Shown here in pieces: positions 62,491-64,000 of a stretch of 64,000 nt of DNA (position 1 is its first letter; each line of letters starts with the position of its first letter). The stretch comes from Raja brachyura (taxonomy: Eukaryota). Where the stretch lies: NCBI GenBank assembly GCA_963514005.1, contig OY740811.1, positions 26,474,001 through 26,538,000 of the forward strand, read 5' to 3'. A model generated the notes under the pieces. That model was given only the letters and a program-made list of their open reading frames with translations. It had not been told where the DNA came from and ran no database searches. Position numbers and translations under genes: made by a program.

Positions 62491-63391
62491 TGTTAGTACC
62501 CGTGATGGACCGGGCAATGTCTGCCACTCCCTGGAATCTTCTGCAATCCTAGACATTTAAATTGCTGAACTAGGCCATGATGCAACCAGTCAGTACGATC
62601 TCTTCAATATTAACAGATATGAATGGCAATACAACCCTGGATCTCAGTGTGCTCTCATGATGTCCAAAATTGCATTAAAAAGATATTTGGTAATGAAGTG
62701 CAGTCAATGACATGGAAGACCGCAGAACACCTAATCTAGGGACTGCAGTGTTTTGCAAACAGTAATGGCTGAGGAAATAACGTTGCCCAGTTTTCTGGGA
62801 AGACACCCTCCCCTCCCTTGTTTGTGCTATGGATGCAAAGGAACACCACCTCAGTTACACACTGAAGTGCCAACCTGAAATGGGGATTAAATGGGTCAAA
62901 AGATGATTTAATTGCTCTTAATCTGTGATTCTCAAAATTCAGTGCTACAACGTGAACGAAATTCAGACAATGAATTTCAAAGCTTCCCTTTGACAAGCTT
63001 CCCAAGAACATTATGGTTGACATTCTGCGCCCAGCCACACCATTCCACGTGTTATCTTAGTGCCTCAGGCTGACTTTGTTTCAATATATCAAATAATAAA
63101 ATCACATCAACTGAATACCAACTTCAAAGAGCAAGACATTTGCCCAGTTTAATAAATTAAAACCATCTGCGCATGACCAATACTTCCAACACAGCTTACA
63201 CACACTAAAAGAAAATTACAAATCTGCAAACTCCAGTACTTTACACTGCTATGCCAAATGAATCAAATACTAATGAGGCTGAATAATATCCAGAGTGGGA
63301 TTTTTTTTTAGAATCTCTGCGTAATAAATTTCAGGCTGGAAGCCAGATTGTTAACTTCAATTATCAAGCACAATATCGTTCGCCAAATGAA

Positions 63392-63545
63392 AACACAAAG
63401 TGCTGGAGTAATTCAGCAGATCAGGCAGCATTTCTGGAGAGTACAGATGGTTGACATTTCAGGGAAGGGTCACCTATCCATGTTCTCTGAAGTCATCAAT
63501 CCACGTTCTCCAGAGATGCTGCCTGACCCACTGAGTTACTCATTG
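63392..63545. repeat. Fold-back Penelope terminal-repeat pair
   Basis: GTGCTGGAGTAATTCAGC...CATTTCTGGAGA, then TCTCCAGAGATGCTGCCTGACCCACTGAGTTACTC. Confidence 0.75.
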
Positions 63546-63657
63546 TAAATACTTATGTTTTCACTTGAGTTTGATTAATTTTTAAGTTTTTGAACTTGTC
63601 AGAATGTCTGGAGAGATTGCGGCTGAACTAACTTTCTTCCAATCCTGTTTGCTACAG

Positions 63658-63746
63658 GCAAAACCTGTTCTGCCACCAAAGATTTGGAAACCCTGCTCTT
63701 GGAGGATACCACTGAGGATCTGTTCAAGCACAAACTTGCCATGTAG
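63658..63746 (+). other. Possible 89-nt exon, unidentified
   Basis: Branch-like CTAAC, pyrimidine tract, TACAG| acceptor and TAG|GTGAAT donor; one frame reads KTCSATKDLETLLLEDTTEDLFKHKLAM*, another is fully open. No partner exons found. Confidence 0.2.
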
Positions 63747-64000
63747 GTGAATATTGCCAGAAGATACTGCACCAATGGACTTGAATAGCCATTGGAATCA
63801 CTGGCATTCTGCAAACAAATGCATGTGTTTACTGCTGGTGACCAAAGAATAATGTCTTCCCTTTAGTCTCAATACAAACACACTTAGAAAAAGCGGCAAT
63901 AGTTTGTAGATTAAATTACAATTTAAATAAATCAATACAGCGTATAATCGAGAGCATGTGTCATAGTCGTTGACTCCAGAAATAGTAATAACTCTCATTC

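Overview
AT-rich vertebrate DNA, intronic or intergenic. The repeat content (HE1-type V-SINEs, shark-type CR1 LINEs, Penelope-like elements, Rex1, DeuSINE-like relics) points to a cartilaginous fish, probably a skate or ray (inference). No intact protein-coding gene can be supported; the recognisable ORFs are fragments of decayed retroelements (CR1, Rex1, RTE, Penelope) and one Tc1 transposase. Two weak candidate exons are noted. The main result is two kinds of ribozyme-bearing short retroposons. (1) A ~150-bp minus-strand element occurs twice (23677-23825 and 54975-55114), each flanked by a target-site duplication. Its first 54 nt fold as a minimal HDV/CPEB3-like ribozyme, followed by a 10-bp hairpin and a Vingi/Ingi-like (AAG)n tail. 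(2) About 15 solo, tandem or fold-back copies of a Penelope terminal repeat are present, many carrying a minimal hammerhead core (CTGAAGA-A-GGGT-N4-RCCC-GAAACGTC). Also present: two related Harbinger-like MITEs, a GC-rich element with a ~110-bp-arm hairpin, a 14-bp-TSD retro-insertion, and several nested insertions. All calls are from reading the sequence by eye; no searches or folding programs were run.
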